A stretch of 64,000 bases of DNA from Entomortierella parvispora E1425 (Eukaryota > Fungi > Mortierellomycota): NCBI GenBank assembly GCA_020891255.1, contig BQFW01000002.1, forward strand, positions 2,728,001-2,792,000. Reading direction: 5' to 3'. This document shows positions 1 through 14,126 of this stretch, one piece after another. The notes below the pieces were generated by a model, which was not told where the DNA came from, ran no database searches, and was given only the letters and a program-made list of their open reading frames with translations. Positions within the stretch are counted from its first letter, which is position 1. Every line of letters starts with the position of its first letter. The position numbers were made by a program, and so were the translations under genes.

Positions 1-445
1 AAAATCGCGAACTTTACTAGCGTGATACCAATTGGACGGGATATGAGGACGGAGGGATCAATTGAAGAGCGGGGGGGATCAATTGAGGACTGGGCTTTTG
101 GTGTAGAAGAGGGAATAGCTGTTAGTTTCCATGGCCAGAGCGTGCTAGTTCATATATTCGTGTCCATGAAGGCGTACCTGGAGCACTTTTCTCAGCGAAA
201 ACAAATAACCTGAGAGACGGGGAACGGCGGAGGCGCTTTGTATGAAGGTCGTCAAGAGAGCGAGAACGCACTGAGAGTGGAAGATTGCGATGGAAACAGG
301 GGAATGGGAGGGGAATGGGAGTGGAATGGCAAGGCGACCATAGATTAATGGTGCGAGATGAGGTGAATGATGAAGGGAGGATGAGCAAAACTGAGCTGTT
401 TTTCGACTTTGCCGTTATTTTTTTGACAGAGCTCTGCAGGGTCAT
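1..445 (-). other. Possible 5' end (first exon/intron) of a gene continuing left of the window
   Basis: On the minus strand, CAG|GTACGC donor at 177, ACTAAC branch point near 121-126 and AAG acceptor at 95 define an 83-nt intron-like segment. The 107-aa ORF 122-445 has no recognisable family. Confidence 0.3.
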
Positions 446-723
446 AGTGGAAACCTTACTTGCCGACCAGCCCCTCTAGAGGTTTTCAGTGAGAGCTGCC
501 TAAAAAGGCAGGTGCGTCAGCACTTGTGACTCTCCTGTGAACCGGCGGAGGGGATGGTGACGAGACTACCATCCTCCTGCTTTTGTCTTTTGACATTACT
601 CCATTCCGCCTTCTTTCTCCCTCTTCCTCTCTGCCCTCTACCATTGGGCTCTCTCCGTTTCTTCTTCATCCCCATCAGCCTCCGCCGCCACTAGCCCCTG
701 TGTTGCCTGAACATTGACAGAAA

Positions 724-3632
724 ATGGCCACCGCCCCATCCTCTCCCCCCCTCATTCCAACTTCAAAGTTGCTTACTCAGGACTTCTCAGGCGACCATTC
801 TCCTGCTGCTGCCCATGGTTGTCCTCACCTGAAGCAAATGAAAAAGTCGTCCGAGATCTTGACCAACTACCAGGTCCTGGCTCGCTACTGTCTCCATTAC
901 AAGAGTCGCCATGCCCTTGGCATCCTACCTCCACGAGACAGGAAGCGTGCAAAGCTGGAGGCAAGTACCTGCTAGTGGCCGTTCTCTTTGCCACCACTTC
1001 TTGCCACGGCGAAAAAGGCTCTTCTTTTTATAAAAAAGAGACTTTGATTGCTCGTGCTCGCCCTGTATTTAATTTTGGATCGATCTGCTGGACCAGGACA
1101 TAGCCCGACTCTTGGGAAGACGCAGGGACCAGCCAATGGCTTGGTGATCACTGGAAGGGAAAACAACAAGGGCTTTTTTTATTTGGCTTTGTGGAGAAAG
1201 CGAAAAAGGACAGTGGCATGGGCCCAAGGGGGATGGTAACACACTGTCCTTTCTGTCCCTTGGACCAGATTATCTTGAACAGTGGATCGGCCAAACAACA
1301 CACTTTACCACACTTTGATTTGTAACGCTAACCTGTCGGAGGATCCCTACGCCTCTTTTTCAATTTTAGAAGCAGGACTCTTCCTCCAGTACAAAATCGT
1401 TGCCGACCCCCTCATGCCTGACTTGTGATACAACTCTTGGCAGGATTCACGCTTGTCTACAGTGTGTCTATGTGGGTTGCTGGAAGGGAGAACATGTCCA
1501 GAATCACTGTGCGACAACAGGACACGTCATCTGTATGTACCTCAACACCGACTATATTGCTGCTGTCTCGTCAATTGCTCCGCTGCAGCTGGACTAACTC
1601 AACCTTGTCTTTTTTGGTCTGGTGATACTCACACAGCCATGGAGATCAATCGGTGCACCCTTTACTGCAGCACTTGCAAGGACTTTGTATACGACCGCGA
1701 TTTTGAAAACATTTACAACGGCGAATTATTGAGAAACGCCGAGATCGTCTCCATGGTCCAAGGTAAGAAGTCCCAAATGGCCTTCAGCCCCTGCTTGCAA
1801 GCTCATGTTGCCATTTACCAGGTCACTTACTGGCTTAAACGCAAAAAATTGTAGAACCTGGACTGAAGCGTGCTCATTTCATTCGATGGAATGCACCGAA
1901 CAAAGAGGCAGCTCTAATTAGAGCGGGAACGCGACTAAAGCCATGTCAAGGTATGAATTGATGTGTATCTTATATATCGAAGATGAAATATGATTCTCTT
2001 GAACTACCGAGACTCATAATGGTATCTGTTGATCGTTCCTGTTAGGGCTCCGTGGTCTGCGCAACATGGGCTCTACTTGTTTTATGAACGTGATTCTTCA
2101 GTGCTTTATCCACAATCCACTCTTGCGCGGATACTTTTTGAGCGATCAGCACAGTTCGAAGCGGTGCGAAATCAAGACAGAGTGCATGGGCTGCGAAATG
2201 GATCAGTTGTTCACTCAGGTACGTATGGCTCAAGTACTTGCATCCAAAGAATGCAAACATTTTCCTGACGAGCTGGTCAATTTTTAGTTCTACTCTGGTG
2301 TAAAGTCTCCGTATGGACCTTGCAGCTTCTTGCACACAATGTGGATGTCTTCCTCCGATTTAGCGGGCTACGCGCAGCAGGACGCACACGAGTTTTTTAT
2401 CAGCGCGTTAAACCAAATCCATGCGAAGTCACCTGGTAAATTACCATTCTTTGGCCGTACAGCTCACTTGTATCCACAGTCTGGTCTAATCGAATGCAAT
2501 CATCAACACTAGGTGCCAAGCTGCATCACTGCGGCTGTATCATCCACAAGACCTTTGCAGGAGTTCTGCAGTCGGACGTAACTTGTTTAAACTGCGCTAA
2601 TGTGACCTCAGCCAACGACCCGATTTTGGACATTTCACTTGATCTGCGGCCAACCAAGCGGAGTAAATCTGGGGTGAATAAGATCCGCGGGACACATGAT
2701 AATGATGGCCCCAACTCACTCGCAGATTGCCTGGACAGGTAAACCTAAGCCTGCTTGTCATTAGCAAGACTCTTTATCCATTGCGTGTGCTCATTAAGTT
2801 TACCTCTGCTAGATATACCCACCCAGAAAAGCTTGGCACCAACGAGTATAACTGCAGCAAATGTGGTAAGACAGGACAGGAGGCGACCAAGCAGTTATCC
2901 ATGAAAGTCCTCCCTCCTGTTCTGAGCTTTCAGCTGAAGGTATGTGCGTTGATGCCAATAGCGGATCGACTTCCGTTCCATTTTGAAAATGAATCAAGTT
3001 ACTAACCTATATCTCCCGACTCTCTAACAACAGCGTTTTGAGCACTCCATGGGAGCGTCCAAGATCGAGACCAAGATCAAATTCCCTGCACAGTTGGATA
3101 TGACACAATACACAACGGCTGCGAGGAAGTTGAAGAAGAGCAAGCTGGCCAAGATGAATGGAGCATCTGAAAACGGATCTCCCTCAACACCCTCTTCTAG
3201 CAGCTCTTCCTCGTCCTCGTCCACCAATTCGTCCGTTGAAATCATCCCAACCTGTGTTTATAACCTCTTTGCGGTAATTAATCATCAAGGAAAGATGGAC
3301 ACTGGTCATTACACGGCGTTTGCTCGGCATCGTGGAGAGGTAAGGATTTTTAAAATATCAAAAAGAATGTCGAGCATGCTATGAAATTTCAAGTGAGTAA
3401 CACAGACACATTCGCAGTGGTTCTCTCTCGATGATCACAAAGTGACCTTAGCGTCCCAAAAGGAGGTTTTGAACAGCAATGCGTAAGTTGATGATCCCCC
3501 CCCCCTTTACTCTGATGATTTGACGAATTCAACATTGCTGACTCTTTTTGTTTAATATACCTCAACGCCCTTTTTTCGCCTTCAAGCTATATGCTGTTCT
3601 ACGTCAAGCAAAACTTGGACTATGACTTTTAG
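724..3632 (+). CDS. UBP8: Ubiquitin C-terminal hydrolase, USP22/Ubp8 type (SAGA DUB module), 11 exons
   Basis: ZnF-UBP (GCPHL...CLTC..CLQC..CW..H...H..CSTC), Cys box GLRNMGSTCFMN, QQDAHEF, His box HQGKMDTGHYTAF, WFSLDD and C-terminal AYMLFY. Ten introns splice in frame; the first (961-1369) is GC-AG. Confidence 0.95.
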
Positions 3633-3786
3633 ATATACGGAAGGAAGTCCTTGTTGCGCAATCAACTCGCAATGATATATAATTATCGTGTAATAAAGTT
3701 GATTTATTCTTGTATCTGCAGAAGAGTGAGGATTGAGCAATGGGCATGGACCTCACTGAAAGAAATCGGATATAAGATATGATGAT

Positions 3787-5168
3787 TTAGCTGTGAGTGG
3801 TGCGTCCACGAGAGTACTGCTGAGAGAACGCGGCCTTGACATTGAGGTCACGAGCAGCATTCAATGCAAAGTTGGGATGTCTTAAGAAGCCACGACCGGC
3901 GGCAACAAGGTCAGCCTTTTCAGAGGTTAAGATCTCCTCGGCCTGGACACCATTGGTGATGATTCCGACGGCGACGACATGAAGACCAGGGACGGCCTTC
4001 TTGATCTGCTCCGCAAAGGGAACTTGGTAAAGGGGTCCAGCCTTGATAGACTGCAAGGCGGTGTTTCCACCCGAGGACACATGAAGGACATCAACACCAG
4101 CGTCTCGGACCCATTGAGCGATCTGGATGGTCTGCTGCAACTCCCAGGAGGGCTCGTTCTTCAATTGCTCCACATTCTCGACCAAGTCTGAGGCCGAGAC
4201 TCTCAAGAAAATAGGCTTCTCGGCTGGGAAGTTTTCTCGTACAGCACGAACGACCTCCAAGAGGAATCGGGCACGGTTCTCGAGCGAGCCTCCGTACTTG
4301 TCTGTACGCTTGTTGGTCAAGGGGGACAAGAAGTTGTGGATCAAGTAGCCATGGGCACCGTGGATCTCGACCGTGTCCATTCCAGCCTGTGCGGCGCGGG
4401 CGGTGGCGGATCCAAAGGCCTGAACGATCTCCTGGATCTCTTCAACAGAGAGCTCGCGGGGAATGACGTGGTTTTCGTCCCACTGGAAGGCTGCACCGCC
4501 AGTGGGGGCAACGACATTGTCGCGCCAGAAGGCTGACTCTGGGTGGTTGGTGTAGGGTGCCTTGGCAGACGCCTAGAAAGGAGGAAAGAGCGAAAGAAAA
4601 GACGGGAAAAGGTTGGTTTCTAGAAATCTAATGTGTGTTGTTGTTTTTTCTCGGTTGTTGCTTATATTTCAAATATTACCTTGCGGCCAGCATGGGCCAA
4701 TTGGATGCCAACCTTGCCTCCCTGGACATGTACGAAATCAACAATTTCCTTCAACTTGTTAATCTGAGCATCTTCCCAAAGACCAGCACATCCAGGGGTG
4801 ATACGGCCATTGGGCAAGACCGCAGTAGCCTCTTGAATGATCAATCCAGGTCCATGAATGGCCAAGGACCCAATGCTGACCAGATGGAAATTGGTAAAGA
4901 ATCCATCCTTGGATGAGTACATGCACATGGGTGCGACAACGATGCGATTAGGCAGGGTCAGGTCCTTGACAGTGAAAGGCTGGAAGACCAAGGGAATTGC
5001 GTCCGAGTTGGGCAAGGTGGCATCGATGGGTCCAAGATAGGTACCAGGGGCCTCGGGCTGGTCAATGTAGTAATGCTCCTGAGGGTACTCGAATTTTGCC
5101 ACGGCAGAGCTTGGGTCGGTAGGGACAGCAGTCAGGGCAGAGGCGACAATAGGGGCAAAAGACGGCAT
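3787..5168 (-). CDS. NADH:flavin oxidoreductase / Old Yellow Enzyme, YqjM-like class (copy 1, ~424 aa)
   Basis: [31 protein letters not shown] and RTDKYGGSLENRARF motifs. One intron, 4573-4679, after AHAGRK. C-terminus QQYSRG. Confidence 0.95.
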
Positions 5169-6886
5169 CTTGAACAGGAATTTTTTTCTTGAGTTCTTGT
5201 AGGGGTAGAAGAGGGTGGGTGGTAGCAAAGAGGAAGTGTAGGAAGTGTTTGAAGTGGAAGATAGTGATGAAGAGAAAAAAAAACTGTGGAATCTCGGGCT
5301 GCCCATGATATACCAAAGTGTGACACGTTCTCGCGCCGTATGCTGAATAATACGACCTAGGAAACGTGTCACAGCTCTTCGGCAAACATCTTTTTTTTTT
5401 TTTTTTTTTTTTTCATTTTCATTTTCAGCAAGATCAGCCCAAACATAGTCTGGAGGGCTGCGTTGTATGTGCATGAGAGCGAGACCACCAAGAAGACAGG
5501 GGGGCCTAGCGGCCAGGGACAGCTTGCCAATTGCGACATCGCCGTTGATTTTGGAACAGCCGGCTTACCTAGATCTCTTATCGTAATTTTTCTTGTCCTC
5601 TTCCTCCCCTCATGGCCAAGCAGTATTCATTGCCAAACAATGTATGCAGAACTTCTTTATTCTTTTTAATCTGCTTTCACAGGTGATGAATGATCACGAC
5701 TCTATCGTTCTTACTGTATTTGAAAAAAGACGACAGACGATACCTGTATTCCTTCTATGCTCATTGTTTCTTTTTTCTGTCTCCGAGACGGTCATGGTGG
5801 GGCAACGGTGCAACTGTACATGTACAGGCCGGGCGATGGAGGATGACTTCAAGTACACCAAAATATTTTGTGGGTGGGGAGGAAGAGAAATGAGGTAGTG
5901 TCACGGGAAGGCTCCAAGCTATTGCTCAGCTTCCACCAAGGAACTGAAGGATGAATTTGCAGATCACTGTGAAGAGAATAAAATGAAGGATTACCAGGTT
6001 GTTTGGTGCTAGGTTATCCTAAATAAAGGGGTTTCAATGACCTTGTTTGATAATAAATTGGCGTGAGGCATCTCCTCTCTCTCTCTCTTATCCTGTTCCA
6101 TGTTGGGTGGGAACGGATGATTGCCGCCTAGGAACTAACAGAAACACTCCACCCCATGAAGCATGGAATAAAATGAATTGCGCTGTAGCACAGCCCCTTT
6201 CACACGATACTTGCATCGTGATAGATGTTGTCGATGGAGCAATACGCCAGGTTTCTTCATAGAGGTGGAATTGCATGCGCTTGCACCTCCAACCTGGGAG
6301 AAAATAAAGCTCTTTAAGATGCGGACAGTCGACAGGAATCGACCGTTGATTTGAATTAGGATTTCAGCCCCGAGAATACTGGCACCGGATGATGGATTCA
6401 GTGGCCAAAATGCAGACATTTCAATACTCTTAAATTTCCTACGAGAAGCAGAGTTGGCTAGGCGGTGAAACTTCCAGCCACAGAGACAGTTATCGTAGGG
6501 ACCGGGTCTAGGGTCGTGATAAGCACTTGAGCTAATGCAGAACCTCCAACAGGTCCAGGTTGCCATGCAGACGATGCCCTTGACAGGTCCAACGCGTCCC
6601 CTTTAATCCCCCACAGGTCATAAAGCGTTTTCATGGGATTACTACGCAACTTATTTCCGCCCACAAATAGCGGCAAATTCGCAGTCATTGTGCCACGCGG
6701 GGGTCGATTCTCTTTGACCCACTCTCCCTCTCCACTTGACCCCAGGGAAAACATCGGACAACCGACTGGTGTTGAAGCATTTTGAGACTGTGCGCCCTCC
6801 ATTCACTCTCCACATCCACCTTTCATCCACCTTTTCCACTCATCTGGTACCTAAGAAAACAGCTAGAGTAATCTTTCAAATTCAAA

Positions 6887-7250
6887 ATGCCACATGTAAG
6901 TCTCGGAATGCAATGCATCTTACGACTCTGTGCTCAGAGGGACAGGTCGATTCTCACGTTCTTGCTCTCCGACCTGGACATTTTTTTCCCCCTCAAAAAA
7001 TTAGTTTACAGTCCTCTACTTTGCTTCGGCCAAGGACGCCGCCAAGGCTGAATCCGAAAAACTGGACTGGTCCTCAGGAATCGATGCCGCGGCCTTGACT
7101 CGACTTTTGGTCCAACTTCATCCAGAGCTGGACCAGGTCCTCAAGACCAGCATGTTTGCCGTCAACATGGAATACATGGATCAAGACCAGTCTTGGACCG
7201 TGCAACCGGGCGATGAGGTCGCTGTTATCCCTCCTGTCAGCGGAGGATAG
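6887..7250 (+). CDS. MOCS2A: Molybdopterin synthase sulfur-carrier subunit (MoaD/MOCS2A/CnxG), 84 aa
   Basis: Not in the ORF track. A 9-nt first exon (ATG CCA CAT), intron 6896-7004, then FTVLYFASAKD...MFAVNMEY...GDEVAVIPPVSGG-stop, the hallmark MoaD C-terminus with di-Gly. Confidence 0.95.
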
Positions 7251-7795
7251 AGACGGAGGAACACCAAAAAAAAAAGCGCGCATTCTGTTTTACAAAAATG
7301 TCGTATGTTCATTCTGACTATTGCTTACCTCCTTCGACTTACTATGACATGCCACCAAAGCGCGTCTGAAAATTGTACAATAAACCAACCACCGCCCCGG
7401 GATGTCGGCTTTTGAGGATGGTGCAAGCTGTCGAATGAGAACGTGTGGCTTGGAAGCAATTGACAAATCCAAGAAGAACCGCGGGCCCACTTTTCAAGAA
7501 TACGCAGCTGTGCATTGACAAGAATTGCATGGCGCGTCTGTGCTCTCTGATTTACGACCGAGTTGGGGCGGCCACTCTTTACTTTTTGCTGGCAATGTGT
7601 TTTGCCGATGCCAACTGAAAGACGTCTTCCCTTCTACCGATAGAACCAGGTGGACATTTTTTGAAAATATGCGCTCCTACTGGCTGCGGAGCATTTGTAA
7701 TTGAACGAGATCGAAGTCCCCCTGGACAGCCTCGATCAAGTCTTTTTACAAATCAACGTTATCTCCCGGTGAGCGTCATCACCAGAGGACTCTGG

Positions 7796-7803
7796 TATAT
7801 AAA
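7796..7803 (+). promoter_or_regulatory. TATA box (TATATAAA) of OYE copy 2
   Basis: Lies about 140 nt upstream of the ATG at 7940 and is followed by a pyrimidine-rich leader. Confidence 0.55.
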
Positions 7804-7885
7804 GTCCTTCAATTGGGCCTGATCCCAAGTTTCCGTTCCTCACACTCAATTGTATCTCCACTCTCCACTCTTCGATCTTCGTTGA

Positions 7886-9295
<1,410 letters not shown>

Positions 9296-9622
9296 AGGAC
9301 TGAAGCGCCTCACTCCCTCTTAGTCTAGTAGTTAGCTGCATACTTCCCATGTTACACCAATTCAATACAACTTTTGCATACCCACTTTTACAATCATTGT
9401 TCACGCTGTTTGTGCGTCAGCGACTCTTTAAATGATGCCATTGTGTCCACTTATTTGATATTTCAGTCCTGTCATGCTGTCCTGTGGACGCCATACCGAC
9501 TTTTCAACTTCATTAAGTCTGAATCCAATTGCAGAACCAGAACTGCTTTTTTTCCATAATGTATTTTTTTTTTATTGGAGGTTGCTTCCCAGGAGCAGAC
9601 AATTGACGTTCCTGAAGAGTGA

Positions 9623-11072
9623 TTACTTGTAAAACTCAAAGTCGGTATCGGTCTTCTTAACGTTGCTCTTGTATCCCTTCTCCAGATCCTTGGCCAAAAT
9701 AACATAGCGGTTCTTACGCACAGCATGCATACCAGCCTCCTGGCAAATAGCGGCAATTTCTGCTCCTGACAACTTGTCTGGTCGAGAAACAACTATAAAA
9801 TACATAAAAGAAGTGTCAAGATTAGTATCCAGCTTTGGAAAATTGAGAATCAGCAAAAAATCCATATGTTGATCTCAAGATCCACTTACAGTCTTCAAGG
9901 TCAACATCGTCAGCAAGGTTCATCTTAGCGGTGACGGTCTGGAAGATAAGACGCTTTTGGCGACGATCAGGTGTAGGGAACTCAATCTTGCGATCCAGAC
10001 GACCAGGGCGCAAAATAGCAGGGTCCAAGGTATCGGCACGGTTCGTTGCCATGATGACCTTGACGTTTGATCCTTGATCGAAACCATCCATCTGGTTCAA
10101 CAATTCGAGCAATACACGCTGCACTTCGCGATCGGCACCAGTTTGGGCATCGAAACGCTTCGTGGCAATCGCATCGACTTCATCAATGAAAATAATTGCA
10201 GGGGAGTTCTCGCGTGCCATCCTGAAAGCGTCACGGACCATCCTGGGTCCTTCTCCCAAGTACTTTTGCACAAACTCAGAGCCGACCATGCGGAAGAAAG
10301 AAGCAGAGGTATGGTGAGCGACGGCCTTGACCAACATGGTCTTTCCGGTACCAGGGGGTCCATAAAGCAACACACCACGAGGGGGGTCAATACCGATTTG
10401 ACGGTACAGGTCGAAGTGTGTCAGTGGCAGCTCGACGGCTTCCCTGATCTCCTGCTTCTGCATATCCAGTCCTCCCACATCCGCGTATGTCACATCGGGC
10501 CTCTCGTCCTGACCGACCATCTCTACACTCGAATCGGCGTTGGGTGGCAACACATCGACCAGCGCATTGGAGTGGCGGTGGAGAGCCACGGAGCAAGAGG
10601 GCTTGAGCAACTCTCTGTCAATCGTACTCAAAATCCTGACCACATGCTGTGCTCCTGTCGTAGACGAGACGATACCCGTATGTTGGTCGATCGGCTCCAA
10701 GAACTGTCCAATGACCAGAGGAACAGACTGAATCCTCTTGACTTCTTCCTGAGCGCGGATCAGTTCACGCTTTAAATTCTTTTGTTCGTCCTTGATATAT
10801 TCCTCCTGAAGCTGCAAAAACTCGAGGTGACGCTGCAAGTTTTTGTAACGGGTGTAGAGATCGTTTGAGGCCAAATGGGCAAGGGGTCCCTGCTCGGCCT
10901 GGTCTACAGTGACTCCATTTTCCTATTCAAAAAGGGGATACGGTCTGGCATGAGCATTGTGGTCGCCTCAAGAGGTCGATGTTGACGCTGAATGGGCGAT
11001 TGTTAATGCACTCACCTTGTTCTTCAAGGCGGCCTCTGGGGTGACGACTGGCTTAATTCCAAGTTCCTCCAT
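9623..11072 (-). CDS. RPT3: 26S proteasome regulatory AAA-ATPase subunit 6B
   Basis: MEELGIK start, Walker A GPPGTGKT, pore loop FVQKYLGEG, Walker [24 protein letters not shown] and C-terminal FEFYK. Two introns. Confidence 0.97.
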
Positions 11073-11312
11073 GGATGCTGTGTGTGAGAGTGATGGTGAT
11101 GGTGCTTAGCGGAGGTGCTGCCAACTTGAGTGCGATTTGTCCGTGAGTGATTGAAGCTGAGTTGATGGTCTAAAGACGAGGGCGGGAATGAAGAAGAGAA
11201 GTAAGATGCCGTTGCATGCAGCCAGACAAGGACAGCGCACGCAATCGACGCGTCTCCTCTTTGCACGAGAGGAGACACGCTGCCAAAAAAAAAAGTGATG
11301 ACGAAAGCATAT

Positions 11313-11535
11313 GTCACGTGATGGATTCAGCCGCCAGCAATTGACTCTCAGACCTCTCTTCTCTTCTCTGGGGCCCCTTCCCTCGGCCCCTTGAGAGCTG
11401 CGATCTCCAGAGTCCAGACTGTCCGCTGTCTGACTTGTAGATGTTCGATGCTCTTGACCTGCCATAGGTGATGAAAAGTCGAAAGCAAGCCTCGAGGTGC
11501 TTGCCACCAAAGTCGAAGTTCCCGATTCACGTGAC
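11313..11535. promoter_or_regulatory. Bidirectional RPT3/ATG12 promoter motifs: two TCACGTGA E-boxes and one PACE-like site
   Basis: GTCACGTGAT at 11313-11322, TTCACGTGAC at 11526-11535, and CTTGCCACC (reverse complement GGTGGCAAG) at 11500-11508. Confidence 0.5.
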
Positions 11536-11805
11536 CAAATGGACGGAGCTCATCGCTTGGGCGTTGCAAGGGCAATGGGAGCATCCATCTCCGTCCTCAA
11601 ACCTCTTCGACCTTTATTTTCCAAAGTCGATAGTCGCCACAACACAGCCCTTGCCTCCACACCTACCGAGAACAAGTTTATATAGCACACACCATACTCT
11701 TTCCCCATTCCCTCGCCCACTTTCTCCACTTGCTCCATCTCCCGCACAGCTCTCCCAGCTTCATCACCGCGCGAAGCTCCAAAACCACCACACATATTAC
11801 CAGGA

Positions 11806-12505
11806 ATGTCTAGTTCAGGGACCCCATCCTCAGAGTCACCGCCAGCATCTGTGCTAGCACCTGATGCAGTCGTGACCACAGTTTCTTCAACATCAGCACC
11901 AGCCGAGCCAACAGGCCCTCCTGCGTCGCCATCCACAGTCATTGCAAACCACAAGAAGAAAGACACCTCCAAAGGTATGTCTTTTGAGCGAGGCTTTTGT
12001 CGCATACATTTTCGCCAGCAGTATGCTCCTTGTAGCAACAGCATCGCTCTGTGCCTAACTATTGGAAATGGGATCTCTCCCTCTTTTCTTCCCCCCTTTT
12101 TTTTGTTGCTTAGTCGTTGTGTACTTTCGAGCCATTGGCAGTGTCCCAATCATGAAGCAAAATATCTACACCATCACAGCCTCCAACAAATTTTCTACAG
12201 TTATCCAATTTTTGCGCACGCAAATCAACTACCGCCCGTCAGACCCCTTGGTAAGAATGGAGCTCTTTCTCGATGCTTCTCGATGATGAACCATTGAGCT
12301 ATGTAGTGTCAGAGCGCGTTCATTGACGGCGCGTAATACTAAACGCGCCCAACTTTTTTTTTTTTTTTTTGTAACATGGTAGTTTCTTTATATCAACAGC
12401 GCGTTCTCTCCCTCGCCAGATGAGATTGTCAACAATTTGTTCAAATGTTTCAACACGAATGGGAAGTTAATTGTCAACTACTGTGCCAGCCCTGCTTGGG
12501 GATAA
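11806..12505 (+). CDS. ATG12: Ubiquitin-like autophagy protein Atg12
   Basis: Spliced product ...[17 protein letters not shown]...[40 protein letters not shown]-stop. Two GT-AG introns; C-terminal Gly. Confidence 0.96.
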
Positions 12506-13099
12506 GGAATACAGAGACCTATCGTACAGAAAATAAACAGATTAAGCTGTAGAGTGTCATTGGTTTTCGATCGTGAATACAGCGAGAGACCTTTCAAAAG
12601 TTTTAAGCAGCTGCACACTTTATTATCCTAATCTCATTTCCCTTCGAGGCTGTAACTCGTTGGACAGCGTAGCACTCGGGACGCCAAGGAGCACCTCGTA
12701 CTAAACTATCCGGTACTCCTGTCGCTTAGATATATGACTCGCGTATCAATCCTTGGACATTGAAACAGGGAGCTGGATTGGTTTATAAGCTGAAGCAATG
12801 ATCCACTCAGGAGGAAACCCGCGCTCAACATGCCAGCATGCCCGATTTCTAGGCTGGGCAGCCAGGACCCAAAAAAAAAAAAAAAAAAAAAAACGCGCCT
12901 ACAAAACACGTGATATTACCAGTCCTGAGTGCTGGATGGCAATAAACAACTTTTTTCTTTTTTTTTGTGAAGCTCATTCGGCATTCCTTCTCAACTTTTT
13001 TTTCACTTTTCACGCCCTCAGGCACTAGGACTTCACGACACCTGTCAAGGAAAATACCCCTGCCTATCAAACACAGCAAGAGCAATATTACACCACACA

Positions 13100-14004
13100 A
13101 TGGCCGACTCAAAACCCAACGAATTCACAAAGAAGAAGTTTGAGCGCAAGGTCGCACCCTCGAAGGCACCTCTTCGTCTCCTCAAGAAGAAGCAACGCGA
13201 TCTTCAGCGTTTGCTTCAAAACAAGGACAAGTTGAAGGATCTCCCAGAGGATGTCGTCAAGGACACGGAAACCAAACTGAAGGATATCACAGCTCAAGTC
13301 AACGAGATGTCGCAGACAAACCAGTCCAAGGCTGAGCAGGATAACAAAGCTAAAGAGGAGAAGAAGGCTGCAGCGGCTGCAGCTAAGAAGAGTACAGTCA
13401 ACCAGCAAAAATTGACAGGTATGGACAGGGCCTACCCCACATTATTTTCTACGTCTTTTGGAGTCGCAGAGATATCGAAAAAAACACCCCCCCATTTGTA
13501 CTGACCTGCTCCGTGCCCTTCTTTTAAATAGAGCTGAGACGGTCAACAAGGAAGGTCAGAGCTTTCAAGAAGCAACACCCCAACTACGCATCATCAGAGG
13601 AAGAGTCAAAGGCATTTGCTGAGTTGGAGCTTGACCTTTTATACATCAAGGTAAGCTGTTGCCTCTTCTTGCCTTTTGTTGTGGTGGTCTTGATGCAACT
13701 GCCGTTCTGACTGTTTTGTGTCCTCGATCAATAGCACTATCCCAAGGATGAAGAGTACATTTCAATTTTCCCAGAGTCGTCATTGACAGAAGATCAGATC
13801 AAGGCTCGGGCAGAGATCAGAAGCAAGATTGAAAGCGCAGTGGCCAGCGGGGAAATCAAGAAGGGAAGCGCACAGAAGAATGATTCTCCAGCAACAGAAG
13901 CAGCAACAAATGGAAAACGCCCCGCGAGCAATTGGAGTGACGACGAGGACGAGGAAGAGAGCGATGATAATGATGATAGCAACAAGAAGCTGAAACAAGA
14001 GTAA
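13100..14004 (+). CDS. EFG1: rRNA-processing protein Efg1-like
   Basis: LKKKQRDLQRLL...LP near the N-terminus, LDLLYIK|HYPKDEEYISIFP motif and an acidic/basic tail match my recollection of the Efg1 family. Two in-frame introns. Confidence 0.7.
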
Positions 14005-14126
14005 AAGTTATATCTTGGTCAACTGTTCATTTTATTTTCCTTGGCTGATAGGATAGTGTACACGGAAGTAGGAGTGGAGACGAGGATGTTATTATTTTTT
14101 TTTACAGTTGTCGGATCGGTTCCTGT

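Noticed and set aside
5500-6880. ORFs of 100-143 aa between OYE1 and MOCS2A
   Set aside because: No recognisable motifs or consistent splice structure. Treated as divergent promoter or intergenic sequence.
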